64,000 bases of DNA from Candidatus Geothermarchaeota archaeon (GCA_015523725.1 WAJV01000107.1:959-64958), one strand, 5' to 3'. Positions 21,602 through 31,628 are shown, numbered from the stretch's first letter. Numbers and translations are program-made. Notes: a model not told the origin generated them from the sequence alone.

Positions 21602-22038
21602 TCACCCTCACCCAATTGAATATTACCAGATACATAGAGATAGTGCTTATCCTTCCCCCTAATCCTCCTTATCACACCCCGCTGCACAAGCCTCTTCAGA
21701 GAAACCGCGATACTAGACTTTGGATAATATACTCCATAAGACTCAAGCATATTAATAATCTCCTTAAGCTGCCTAGGCTTACGTCCCCAGTCTGTTGAGA
21801 AGAACTTAGTCAATATCTGTGTCAAAGGCTCACCACTCTTGATCTTTACGTCAGGGAGGCCTCCAACAACCTCCTCAACACGCTCTCCAACAGATACTTC
21901 CTTAGACGCCTCTTTAGCCACTAAATAGGGCATCAATGTATTTACTAATGTAGCAACCTCCTCATATGAACCAGATAACTCTAATTCATTACCACCTATC
22001 CGAATCCTTACATATATCTTACCAGCCTCCTCACCCAC
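21598..22038 (-). CDS. small beta-beta-alpha + winged-helix protein (paralog 2)
   Basis: KIYVRIRIGGNELELSGSYEEV; WGRKPRQLKEI...SIAVSLKRLVQRGVIRR; probable GTG start at 22038 after GGTGA. Confidence 0.8.
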   Translation of the reverse strand: MGEEAGKIYVRIRIGGNELELSGSYEEVATLVNTLMPYLVAKEASKEVSVGERVEEVVGGLPDVKIKSGEPLTQILTKFFSTDWGRKPRQLKEIINMLESYGVYYPKSSIAVSLKRLVQRGVIRRIRGKDKHYLYVSGNIQLGEGD

Positions 22039-23947
22039 TAAAATCACCCAGTAAATCATTAATCAACTCAATAACTCTCCTTGGATCAACATTTCCACGA
22101 TACTTAGACATAACTATTGCCATCAACCTCTTAACAAGTATATTCTTCGGTAATTTTTTTAAATCCATTCTACTCTCCAATTGATTCTTAATATATTCCT
22201 CAATCTCCGAGTAATCCACTTTAGCAGATAACCCTAATTTATTAACCGCCTCCCTCACCCCCAAACCCTCCTTATAAGCAGTTATGATAATATCTTGAAG
22301 CCCCTCCTTAAATACAACACCCTCATCAACTAATTTCATACCCTCCATAACTAAACCCATGATGTTAGAATACTCGTCTAATCCCAACTCATCCATTATA
22401 TAGGGTAACCTATCAGTAAGGAAGGATGATATATAAGAGGGGGCAAGAGAATGTATCTCCCCAACCAACTTTATGAAATAATCATATAGATCCATATCAA
22501 GTAATTTCATCGCCATATCACGAGACAAACCATATTTATTAACCAATTCATCCAAGACCTTATAGGGTGGAATTAGAGGATTCTCCTTAAGATACTCCAT
22601 AATATTATCGTCAATAAGTATGGGTGGAATATCTGTCTCCGGATACATCCTAGCCATACCTGGCCTCGGCCTCATGTAAAAAGTAGATCCGTCTTCCCTA
22701 GCTCCCCTCGTCTCCTTAGGAGGCCCATATAATGCCTCAACCGCCCTCTCCAGAATCCTCGCTACAGCCAAATCCACCGTATCAACATCGGAGACAAAGA
22801 AGACCACGGCATCATCCTCCGATGCATCCATCACCCTCCTCAATTTACGGACCTCATCCAAGGTAATTCCATATTTAGGCATCTCATCAGTATGGAATAT
22901 GCCGCCTAAACCAGTCCAAAACCTTATTCTCTCAGCAATCTCTTTACCCAATCTATGCCCAGGGGCAACCTCAAAACCAAGTAATCCGCCGAATCCTGGT
23001 AATTTAACTGAATATACTTTAAATCCCTCGGATAATCCCCTCGAGATAACCCTATTCTTAGTATTTGAGAATATATCTGAAACGTCTCTATAAGTCTGAG
23101 ACTTAATAATAGACTCCTCAACCCCTCTCTCAGCCAATTCACTAGCAACCCTCATCAAACCAATCTGCCTCTTCACCTCAAACTCGATAACTGACCTAAG
23201 CTGCTGGAGCTTCTGAACCCCCTTCACCTCAATTACTGGACCACCCGAAATCGAGATATTTATATCCTGCCTAATACTACCTAATCCACGTCTCCTGACA
23301 CCAGTCATCGTAACCAATTGACCAATATATCTAGCGACCTCAACAGCCTCCTCAGGGGACCTAATATCAGGTTCGGTAGACACCTCAATTAGAGGTATAC
23401 CTAATCTATCCAAATTATATATAACATAATTACCTCTGCGGTCAACTATTCTGGCAGCCTCCTCCTCCAAACAAATACTTTGAATACCGATCTCCCTACC
23501 AATGCTAGGTACATATACAGAGCCCCCCATAGAAATAATCGACGTCCTCTGAAACCCTGTAGTATTAGAGCCATCCACAACTATCTTCCTCATAACATGC
23601 ACCTCATCAACAATATCCGCACCAATGAATCTTGCAATACGGAGGGCCGCCTTCAAACTCTCTATATCCATCTCATGAGGAGGCTCTTCATCAAGCTCCA
23701 CCAAACATGTTGACTCAGGCGGAGAAATATATTCAATTGTCAATCCCTTCTTAAATTCAAAATATGCCGCGGGATCTATTTGGCCCAACTCACTCTGTGT
23801 AGGCCTAAGCCTCCTCACAATACGGGGAGCCCCCTCACCCTCAACCAAATATGGTTTACATCTACAGAATAGCTTCCTACCCGTATTAAGCTGAAAGTGA
23901 ATCTCAAGACCAACTTTTAAGCCAACCTCATCATAATTCAATTCCAT
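22031..23947 (-). CDS. gatE: Glu-tRNA(Gln) amidotransferase subunit E
   Basis: GLKVGLEIH, RKIVVDGSNTTGFQR, LDRLGIPL, RQDINISI, RMYPETDIP. Confidence 0.96.
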   Translation of the reverse strand: MELNYDEVGLKVGLEIHFQLNTGRKLFCRCKPYLVEGEGAPRIVRRLRPTQSELGQIDPAAYFEFKKGLTIEYISPPESTCLVELDEEPPHEMDIESLKAALRIARFIGADIVDEVHVMRKIVVDGSNTTGFQRTSIISMGGSVYVPSIGREIGIQSICLEEEAARIVDRRGNYVIYNLDRLGIPLIEVSTEPDIRSPEEAVEVARYIGQLVTMTGVRRRGLGSIRQDINISISGGPVIEVKGVQKLQQLRSVIEFEVKRQIGLMRVASELAERGVEESIIKSQTYRDVSDIFSNTKNRVISRGLSEGFKVYSVKLPGFGGLLGFEVAPGHRLGKEIAERIRFWTGLGGIFHTDEMPKYGITLDEVRKLRRVMDASEDDAVVFFVSDVDTVDLAVARILERAVEALYGPPKETRGAREDGSTFYMRPRPGMARMYPETDIPPILIDDNIMEYLKENPLIPPYKVLDELVNKYGLSRDMAMKLLDMDLYDYFIKLVGEIHSLAPSYISSFLTDRLPYIMDELGLDEYSNIMGLVMEGMKLVDEGVVFKEGLQDIIITAYKEGLGVREAVNKLGLSAKVDYSEIEEYIKNQLESRMDLKKLPKNILVKRLMAIVMSKYRGNVDPRRVIELINDLLGDFSG

Positions 23948-25280
23948 AATCCCCCCTCATATCCCAAACAGGACTCCTATCAGTAACCTCACCACTAACA
24001 TTACTAACCATTAATTCATCCAACATCTCCTCACCAAAATTACCCAATATCCAACTAGCCTTAACATAAGCCGTCTCAGACAACATATTACTCAAAGGAA
24101 TTACACCCATACGCTTCAGGAACCTACCAGTATCATAAACATTCATATTAACGCGACCCCATATACACTGAGAAGTCATATATATATGTACTCCTTTCTC
24201 AATAGCCAGCCTAATAACATCATATAAATGCTTCCCAACATGCCCCAATCCACTGCCCTCAACTATAACCGCTCTATAACCCTCATCAATCAATATCCTA
24301 AATAAGCTGGGTGACATACCTGGATAAAATTTTAGTAGAGCAGCTCTATCACTGAATTTACCATAGTAAACAGGCGGCCTATCAGGATCTCTAGCTAGAT
24401 AATTATCAGCCTTATAAACTATATTCCCCTTGGAATCCAACACCAAAACCGGGGGAACGTCAATGGATTGGAAAGCATCTCTACGACTAGTATGATTCTT
24501 CCTCACCCTAGTGCCTCTAAATACACCGATATATTTATCGGATGAGGATATATGCATAGCTACATATACCCCCGCCAAATCCGAATCAACCGCCACCCGA
24601 ATAGCGGAGAGTAGATTTAACGCAGCATCGGAACTCGGCCTATCACTCGACCTCTGGCTTCCAACCAATACAATTGGAATCGGCGGCTCCCTTATGGCGA
24701 AGGATAAGGCTGCAGCGGTATAACCCATCGTATCCGTTCCATGGAGAATAACTATTCCATCATACTTCTTTGAGATAATTCTCTTATATACCTCTGAAGC
24801 AATAGTCTCCCAATCACTCGGCAATAAATGCTCACTATACTTGTTCATAAGGATACTAGTCTCAACCCCAGCTATCCCCCTAGCCTCAGGGATAAAATTT
24901 AGGAGTTCTTCGGCGGAGACCGCGCTCTTAACGGCTCCAGTAACGTAATCAACCTTACTTAATATGGTTCCGCCAATAGATAGAACCAAAACCTTTTTAT
25001 CCCTACTCTCAACAACCTCCTCCTCCAAATACCTCATTAACTCTATTCTCGGCGGCTCAGCCGACTTTATATCCTCAATCCTCTCCACCGATAAACCAAT
25101 ATTATATCCATTATCCAGCTTCAATACGAGAATATTTGGAGATGAATACTCATGTTTAGGCATTATATAGCCAGTATATCGCTTCCCATCACGAGTAACT
25201 ATACTGACATAATCCCCATAGGATAGACCATATCTAGATAAAAAAAACTCTATAATATCTCTACCAGCCAATTTACTCAC
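23931..25280 (-). CDS. gatD: Glu-tRNA(Gln) amidotransferase subunit D
   Basis: KLDNGYNIG, GGTI.SKVDY.TGAV, HGTDT, GSQRSSDRPSSD, HTSRRDAF. Confidence 0.96.
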   Translation of the reverse strand: MSKLAGRDIIEFFLSRYGLSYGDYVSIVTRDGKRYTGYIMPKHEYSSPNILVLKLDNGYNIGLSVERIEDIKSAEPPRIELMRYLEEEVVESRDKKVLVLSIGGTILSKVDYVTGAVKSAVSAEELLNFIPEARGIAGVETSILMNKYSEHLLPSDWETIASEVYKRIISKKYDGIVILHGTDTMGYTAAALSFAIREPPIPIVLVGSQRSSDRPSSDAALNLLSAIRVAVDSDLAGVYVAMHISSSDKYIGVFRGTRVRKNHTSRRDAFQSIDVPPVLVLDSKGNIVYKADNYLARDPDRPPVYYGKFSDRAALLKFYPGMSPSLFRILIDEGYRAVIVEGSGLGHVGKHLYDVIRLAIEKGVHIYMTSQCIWGRVNMNVYDTGRFLKRMGVIPLSNMLSETAYVKASWILGNFGEEMLDELMVSNVSGEVTDRSPVWDMRGDYGIEL

Positions 25281-26893
25281 CCCAAATATTTCGAGACGTA
25301 AACACCATCTCTCTTATATCCATGCTTATAATAATACTCCCTAACACCTACACCTGAAATAACGACGATCTTATCACCCCCCTCAGAATCAGCGAGTCTC
25401 TCAGCCTCTTTAAGCAGAAGAGAACCCAGACCAAGGTGCTGCCATGAACCTCTAGTAGGCCTAGAGCCTATCGGTATACTTCTCCCATATACATGGAGCT
25501 CCCTCACTATATACGTCTCCGACTCAATAATCTCGGGGCGCCATGCATATATAGATGGGTGTCTAAGCCTAATGAAACCATATATAACATCATTATCCAT
25601 ATCTTCCGCTGAGATAAAATAATCAACACCGTCATTAACAAAGAATCGTCTAACTACTATCCTCGGCTCACCACCCAAATAAGAATCCTTCAACCACCTT
25701 ATCCCAGCCTCTCTACAACGTATACAGTGACAAGCAATGCCAAGCCTCTTGAAGTCATCTAGAATCACTTGCCTCAAATTAGTTAATCTCACACCGTCGA
25801 CAATTTCTTGGGAAGGAATATCCCTATTAACCCTCATAATCCTATTCCATCTATGAACAAAATTATCCTTGCATAAGCCAATTAATTCCCTAGCGACTAT
25901 ATCAGAGTACGGCTTATACAAACCATTTCTCCATAGATTAATTAAGCCAGTATTCTCCAGCACCAGGGTCGGATAGATCTTTAGATTATCTGGGAAGAAA
26001 TTAGGGGAATTCATCACCATATTAAATGCCTGAATATCTAGCTTCTCATTAACTCCAAGTAATCCAGGCATCAAATGATAGGTAACTTTAAACCCAGCGT
26101 CCTTCAATCTCCTAGTAGCTTCAACCACAGCCCTAATATCATGGCCACGGTGGACCCATCTATAGACATCATCATAAACAGTCTGTACACCCAATTCAAC
26201 CCTAGTCCCACCATGCTCAAGCATCCAGTCAATATCCTCAACCCTAGAGGCGTCGGGCCTAGTCTCAAAAGTTAATCCGACTATACGATACCTACTATAT
26301 TCAGCAGCCAATAACCCCCTATAAAAATCACTTGGATAGAAACCTATGAATGCCTTCAATAACCTACGCATATACCACTCACGATACTCTAGGGGCGTTT
26401 TATTAAAAGTACCTCCCTGAATAATAATCTCAACCTTCGAGACATCATGACCCATCTGCCTCAACTGAGAAATCCTACTAATAACTTGCCGATAAGGATC
26501 AAAATTATTCCTTATTCCCCTCATGGCACTCGGCTCCCTACCCGTATAGGAAATCGGGGATCCAGGGAAGTGGGGGCAATATATGCATCTTCCATGTGGA
26601 CATTCATATGGACGGGTCATAATAGCGATAATAGCGACTCCAGATAAGGTTCTAACAGGCTTCCTCCTAAGATACTCAATAAGATATTTATGGCCTGGTG
26701 AATAACTATTAATATAATTTATTATATCTATATTAGATGGATACTTATTTAATCCATATATCCTGACCGCCTCACGCTTCACCCTATTCAATATATTAAA
26801 CCCAATATTTTCTCCATGGGAGGCCAAGGCATCAACAATATATTTTAATGCCTCTAAATACCTTTCATCAACAACAACTTCATCCATAGACAT
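25277..26893 (-). CDS. elp3: Elp3 radical SAM / acetyltransferase tRNA U34 modification enzyme
   Basis: RTLSGV, CPHGRCIYC, ETRPD, RELHVYG, QHLGLG, SGVGVREYY; start trimmed to the MMSM region. Confidence 0.95.
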   Translation of the reverse strand: MSMDEVVVDERYLEALKYIVDALASHGENIGFNILNRVKREAVRIYGLNKYPSNIDIINYINSYSPGHKYLIEYLRRKPVRTLSGVAIIAIMTRPYECPHGRCIYCPHFPGSPISYTGREPSAMRGIRNNFDPYRQVISRISQLRQMGHDVSKVEIIIQGGTFNKTPLEYREWYMRRLLKAFIGFYPSDFYRGLLAAEYSRYRIVGLTFETRPDASRVEDIDWMLEHGGTRVELGVQTVYDDVYRWVHRGHDIRAVVEATRRLKDAGFKVTYHLMPGLLGVNEKLDIQAFNMVMNSPNFFPDNLKIYPTLVLENTGLINLWRNGLYKPYSDIVARELIGLCKDNFVHRWNRIMRVNRDIPSQEIVDGVRLTNLRQVILDDFKRLGIACHCIRCREAGIRWLKDSYLGGEPRIVVRRFFVNDGVDYFISAEDMDNDVIYGFIRLRHPSIYAWRPEIIESETYIVRELHVYGRSIPIGSRPTRGSWQHLGLGSLLLKEAERLADSEGGDKIVVISGVGVREYYYKHGYKRDGVYVSKYLG

Positions 26894-27005
26894 CATCCAA
26901 TACAAAAAACACATCGATAAATAAATAATAATTAATAGTCTCCAAAAGCTAAACACTAATACATAGTTGTTATAATGCTCCAAAGTATTTGTTACATCAA
27001 AAGAT

Positions 27006-27797
27006 TTAGATTATATTTCTATAATAAGGAAAGTATTCATAAGCATATTTAATAGCGAATATCAGTTCGTCATCGATTAGCCTTAGATTATATATAATAT
27101 TCTTAACTTCACCAATATCCCTACTAAACAGTATCATTAGTCCTGAGTTGCCTCGTGAGAAGTCCCAGACAACCCTCTCAGAAACCTCTCCCCTAATGAT
27201 ATCCAATTTACTAGATATAACCATAAATAGGGTTATTCCACTCCTTGGAATATCGATGATAGGGATTACCTTCATGATCTTGGCCTTAATCAATGCCTTA
27301 ACATGGCGAACAACTGTGTCCCTGGATAATTCAAGCTCTTCAGCAATCTTATAGAGAGGTGTCTCTGGATCCCTACTCAATAAACCCAGTATTCTGCTAT
27401 CAAGCATAGACCTATGCGTAACAATATCTTGATCAGGGATAAACGTTACCAAGACACGCTTATCGATGCCAATCTCCCTAAAATATCTCCTCAATTCATC
27501 AACCGAATCGGCATAAAGCTCATAAATATTCACGCCGTCTATACAACTGAATCTAGCAATAACTCTAGATGAGTCAATCTCACCATCAACAGCGATATAT
27601 CCATTGACAAACCCGAAAAAATTAGGATGAATATATAAGTATGGCTTATTGAGTACACCCTCACTCAGCAATCTCCTCAACCTATAATTAACGAGTTGGG
27701 GGGATAGACCTAATTTATCCGCTATCTCCCTCTGGGTTATAGATCCATTCCTTAATACTAGTATCAAAATCTCCTTATCAACATCATCCATAAACAA
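27006..27797 (-). CDS. AsnC/Lrp-type regulator with two HTH modules
   Basis: TQREIADKLGLSPQLVNYRLRRL and PLYKIAEELELSRDTVVRHVKAL. Confidence 0.8.
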   Translation of the reverse strand: MFMDDVDKEILILVLRNGSITQREIADKLGLSPQLVNYRLRRLLSEGVLNKPYLYIHPNFFGFVNGYIAVDGEIDSSRVIARFSCIDGVNIYELYADSVDELRRYFREIGIDKRVLVTFIPDQDIVTHRSMLDSRILGLLSRDPETPLYKIAEELELSRDTVVRHVKALIKAKIMKVIPIIDIPRSGITLFMVISSKLDIIRGEVSERVVWDFSRGNSGLMILFSRDIGEVKNIIYNLRLIDDELIFAIKYAYEYFPYYRNII

Positions 27798-27910
27798 TAT
27801 AAATATTGGTTACGGGAATTTAACCTAACGTATTTAATATACTCATTGTATTGATGTAGGATTGTTCAGACTAGAGTTAATCATAATGAAAAAAAGAATT
27901 TTTGGGGGAG

Positions 27911-29353
27911 TTAATTATTAACAATCAATACTCCTCTCAATCCCTGATCCTTATGTCCAGGCACCGTACACCAGAAAACAAATTCCCCGGCGACATCCGC
28001 AACAAAAGTAAGCGTATACTTATCTCCTGGATTGATTGTATCGGTGGTTAAGTTATAACCATCTATAAATAGATTATGGGGTATAGTCCCATTATTAATG
28101 AAAATTATTGTTATTACTTGACCCTTCTCAACAGATATTCTATTTGGGGTGTAAAACCATTCCTGTGCAGAAACTTTAATGGTAATCGATGCATTTGAAC
28201 TATTACCTACTCCAAACTCGGGGACATTACTAAAGGTGGCTCCGCTAATAACATCTTGTTCAAACATGACGTGGATAAATGGCTGTGGCTTACCATTAGG
28301 AAGTATAAATGGAAGATTTAAGGGATGATAAACCGGTCCATTTTTAGTAATCTGTATTGGGAAGACCACTATATGTGTATGATGTAGTTGGCCTGCCGGT
28401 GTATTATCAATATTGAGTGGAAGCTCTTCATCAAGCATTAACCTATAGTTCTTGTCCCTAACGACTTGAGTAGTCATTCCATGAATAACGACGTTTTGCT
28501 CAATAACTTCCCCGTCAACCACGATGTCGCCGAAGGCCCAGAAAGCAGCGTAGGTAAATAATTTAGGCATTAATGGGGAGCCGGTGCCGGTGGTGCCATG
28601 GTGCCATGCATTTAACAAGACTCCTCCACCGGTCTCATAACCTGGTAAGGGAGGCATAAACACATGCTTAACAACTAATTTATAATTGTTACCACTTGGA
28701 TCCGTAAACGTTATATTAGCATTAACTACATCAGATGTATTTATTGGGGGTCCCATAGTATCATATGGAACTTTATCGATGAACTCGATGCTCATAGACC
28801 CGCTCACTATCCTCGCCTTGTCACTGAATAGAGTAGGGACTTTAAGGATATAATCACCCTCTGGTGAGAAGCCCCTCATCTCCTCGGGAGCCGCCACTAA
28901 GAAAGGTAGTTTACGAAGCAATTCTGGAACACTTGAGCCTAGGGGTTGCGGGAGTCTTGAGGATACGTTGATAGCCCACTCCAACCTATCATTCCCGAAC
29001 ATGGGGTTATCGGGGGTCCCGAATACGCTGGGGCTGAGCCTCCTAAACCCTGGCAAAATCCAGTAAACAATCTTCCCTTCTTCCTGGGAGACAGAGACAC
29101 TCCTAACACTTAACTCAGCGACCCTATCACTCAATGACTTAACCTTTGCTCCAAGGGCGTCATTAACACTCTTCAAATTATCTACCTCAGAGCTTAATTG
29201 ATTATTAATGCTCTTCAACTCACCGACCTTAGAACTAATATTATTTAACTGTGGCACCAGATATAGAGCCAGTCCTCCAGCGCCGATAAGAACACCGAAC
29301 ACCAAGACTATAAAATACCTCAAAAAAAGTTTATTATCCGTATTCGACATCAT
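27911..29353 (-). CDS. membrane-anchored protein: TM + coiled coil + His-motif domain + C-terminal cupredoxin
   Basis: N-terminal TM, heptad segment, PHNL...WCTVPGHKDQGL type-1 Cu motif. Confidence 0.8.
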   Translation of the reverse strand: MMSNTDNKLFLRYFIVLVFGVLIGAGGLALYLVPQLNNISSKVGELKSINNQLSSEVDNLKSVNDALGAKVKSLSDRVAELSVRSVSVSQEEGKIVYWILPGFRRLSPSVFGTPDNPMFGNDRLEWAINVSSRLPQPLGSSVPELLRKLPFLVAAPEEMRGFSPEGDYILKVPTLFSDKARIVSGSMSIEFIDKVPYDTMGPPINTSDVVNANITFTDPSGNNYKLVVKHVFMPPLPGYETGGGVLLNAWHHGTTGTGSPLMPKLFTYAAFWAFGDIVVDGEVIEQNVVIHGMTTQVVRDKNYRLMLDEELPLNIDNTPAGQLHHTHIVVFPIQITKNGPVYHPLNLPFILPNGKPQPFIHVMFEQDVISGATFSNVPEFGVGNSSNASITIKVSAQEWFYTPNRISVEKGQVITIIFINNGTIPHNLFIDGYNLTTDTINPGDKYTLTFVADVAGEFVFWCTVPGHKDQGLRGVLIVNN

Positions 29354-29611
29354 CAAAAACCTCACAATGTATAGGAATAGATAATGCTGGAATCCAACTA
29401 TACATCTTTATAAAAAAATTTTTGATTAATGTATAGCCATGATGAGAAACTATTTATTTGATTCAATCAATGGGCCCATGCAATTTTTATGACGTATCCT
29501 TTCTCCTGAATACATCTTTATATATTTACTCAAAAAATTGTTAATACCACATATCCTAGGAAAATGTCTAACAATAAATATCATATAGACAATTTATTTA
29601 TCCCGTGATAA

Positions 29612-30151
29612 ATGGAGATGAAGTCATTAAATAGGATAAATCTAGAGAATCTGATGAAGACAGTTGAATACATTAAAGAGAATCCGGAGGCGGCTATAAA
29701 AACCACTAGGGTAGAGGGTGAATGGATACTAGATGAAGAAGAGGGTCCACAATTTAAGGCAACCATATCAACCAGTGAGGGAGAGTTTCAACTAGAGGCC
29801 GACCAACCCATCCAACTAGGTGGAAGTGGGGTGAGGCCGAGTCCAATACATTACTGCCTATATGGAGTGGCATCATGTACAGCAGCCACATTAGCCACAA
29901 TAGCGGCTACACAGGGAATAAAACTAAATAAAATGAAGGTATCCATCACGAATAAAATAAACTTCTCGAGACCACTGGGATTGTCAGACGCCCCCACAGT
30001 ACAAGAAATACAACTAGAAATCCAAATAGAAACAGACGCCAACGAAGACAAAATAAAAAACCTAGAACAACTAACAAAAAACAGATGCCCAGCAATATAC
30101 TGCCTAACCAACCCAATCAAAACAACACTAAAAATAAACAAAACAAAATAA
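29612..30151 (+). CDS. OsmC/Ohr-family protein
   Basis: DQP..LGGSG..PSP, ASCT and RCP cysteine pair. Confidence 0.88.
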   Translation: MEMKSLNRINLENLMKTVEYIKENPEAAIKTTRVEGEWILDEEEGPQFKATISTSEGEFQLEADQPIQLGGSGVRPSPIHYCLYGVASCTAATLATIAATQGIKLNKMKVSITNKINFSRPLGLSDAPTVQEIQLEIQIETDANEDKIKNLEQLTKNRCPAIYCLTNPIKTTLKINKTK

Positions 30152-30161
30152 ACAAACCACC

Positions 30162-30326
30162 CTACCTAGGCCGCCACTGACCAGGAGGCCTATTCAACAA
30201 AACCCTCTTCCTATAATTAACCCTATTCCTCCTCCTAGGATTAGTCGGAGCCCTAGGAGAAGGATCAATCTTAGGAGTCAAAGAACGAACCTTTCCTGCT
30301 TTTGTGAGTGAGCCGTGCGTGCCCAT
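30162..30326 (-). CDS. rps30e: 30S ribosomal protein S30e (54 aa; absent from the ORF track)
   Basis: Translated by hand: MGTHGSLTKAGKVRSLTPKI...PRRRNRVNYRKR; GGTGGGG SD upstream. Confidence 0.95.
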   Translation of the reverse strand: MGTHGSLTKAGKVRSLTPKIDPSPRAPTNPRRRNRVNYRKRVLLNRPPGQWRPR

Positions 30327-30380
30327 GTGTCCCCACCTTTTCTCTCTGTTTTTAATATTTGCTTCATTGTTTATAAGTTT

Positions 30381-31628
30381 TTACGATAAATTGCCGAGAA
30401 GAGGGAGAGGGGGGTAGTATCTCAGTAGGCTTAGTCCATACTCTCCTTTGATCCATCTTTGTGACCTCTGTTTAACATGGCTTCTATATTTCCTATAAAT
30501 TTTATGCTTTTCTCTAACATCGAATTTATTAGATAGTATTAGATGTTTTAGAAATACCTTCTCTGGGTGTTTTAGCATTAACTGCCTTAGAAGCCATCTT
30601 ACTTCACTTTTTCTTCTTATCTGTATTTGATAGCACTTGGTTCTTTTATTGAACCTTATTATTGGATTCAGCCCTAATTTTATAAACTCGTTTTTGACAA
30701 TATCTATGAGATATTTTTTACTATTTGTTATCGTTAATATATATTCTCCCTTTTTTGAAATCATTATACTTCCATCTGCATCCATTAACCCTGCTAAGAA
30801 ATTTATGAAATAATTATTAACAGCCCACTCAATCCATCGTCTTCTTCCTCTTCTTTTTACTAAATAGTCATATGGCGGCATTGCTATTCTTACTTCAGTC
30901 TCATAAATCTCTCGTAACTGTTTTCTATATTTTCTCATTCGCTTTGCAAATCTTAGATTATAAGGAAAATTCTTGAATATCTTTTTTATTAGCCCTAGAT
31001 ATGTTATATGCGTCGTTGTCAATTTAAGCTCATAGTAGTTGACGTGCTTATTTATCCCTATGTCATCTAGCAACCCAATTAAATACGCCTTTAATTCATC
31101 ATTAAGCTCTAAGGCGGTATTGAAGTCATAGTGATTCTTTGTGTGATGTACCACTAGATTATGCCTTTTCTTTAAGTTATATACAACTTCGGCCGTTATA
31201 TGATATTTCTTAACAATTTCTTTTGTAGACTTTCCTTGTAATATCTCTCTAATGATTTCTTTTTTATTATAATTGTATAGCTTTCTTTTCCTTTTGATCC
31301 TTAGCTTTTTCGCTTTGTATGGCTTTCTTATTCCTTGTATCCAGTTTTTCAATGTTCTCAATGGAATATCCGGATATCTTTCCTTTATCTCCTTCAGTTT
31401 TAATCCTTGGTTCCAAAGTTTTATTATTTCGTAGTATATTTCTGGTTCATAGCTTTTCTTGTATCTTTTTACTTCTTTCTTCTCAGCTCCTTTAGGTTTC
31501 TTTCCATGATAGAACCAGCCTCTTAATGTATCGTATTTCACTCCCAGCGCTTTCGCTATCTCCTTGATTCGATATCCCTTGTTCCTTAGTTCAATAGCTT
31601 TATAGTATGTCTCTGGGTCATACACCAA
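30381..31628 (-). CDS. free-standing LAGLIDADG endonuclease-like protein with tandem N-terminal HTH repeats
   Basis: FLAGLMDADG and degenerate AYLIGLLDD motifs, TNS, 2-3 HTH repeats; atypical composition. Confidence 0.85.
   Translation of the reverse strand: MVYDPETYYKAIELRNKGYRIKEIAKALGVKYDTLRGWFYHGKKPKGAEKKEVKRYKKSYEPEIYYEIIKLWNQGLKLKEIKERYPDIPLRTLKNWIQGIRKPYKAKKLRIKRKRKLYNYNKKEIIREILQGKSTKEIVKKYHITAEVVYNLKKRHNLVVHHTKNHYDFNTALELNDELKAYLIGLLDDIGINKHVNYYELKLTTTHITYLGLIKKIFKNFPYNLRFAKRMRKYRKQLREIYETEVRIAMPPYDYLVKRRGRRRWIEWAVNNYFINFLAGLMDADGSIMISKKGEYILTITNSKKYLIDIVKNEFIKLGLNPIIRFNKRTKCYQIQIRRKSEVRWLLRQLMLKHPEKVFLKHLILSNKFDVREKHKIYRKYRSHVKQRSQRWIKGEYGLSLLRYYPPLPLLGNLS

Noticed and set aside
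29439..29509. Possible C/D box sRNA (ATGATGA ... CTGA)
   Set aside because: The D'/C' boxes are poor, the spacer is long and the guides are AT-rich with no target I can identify
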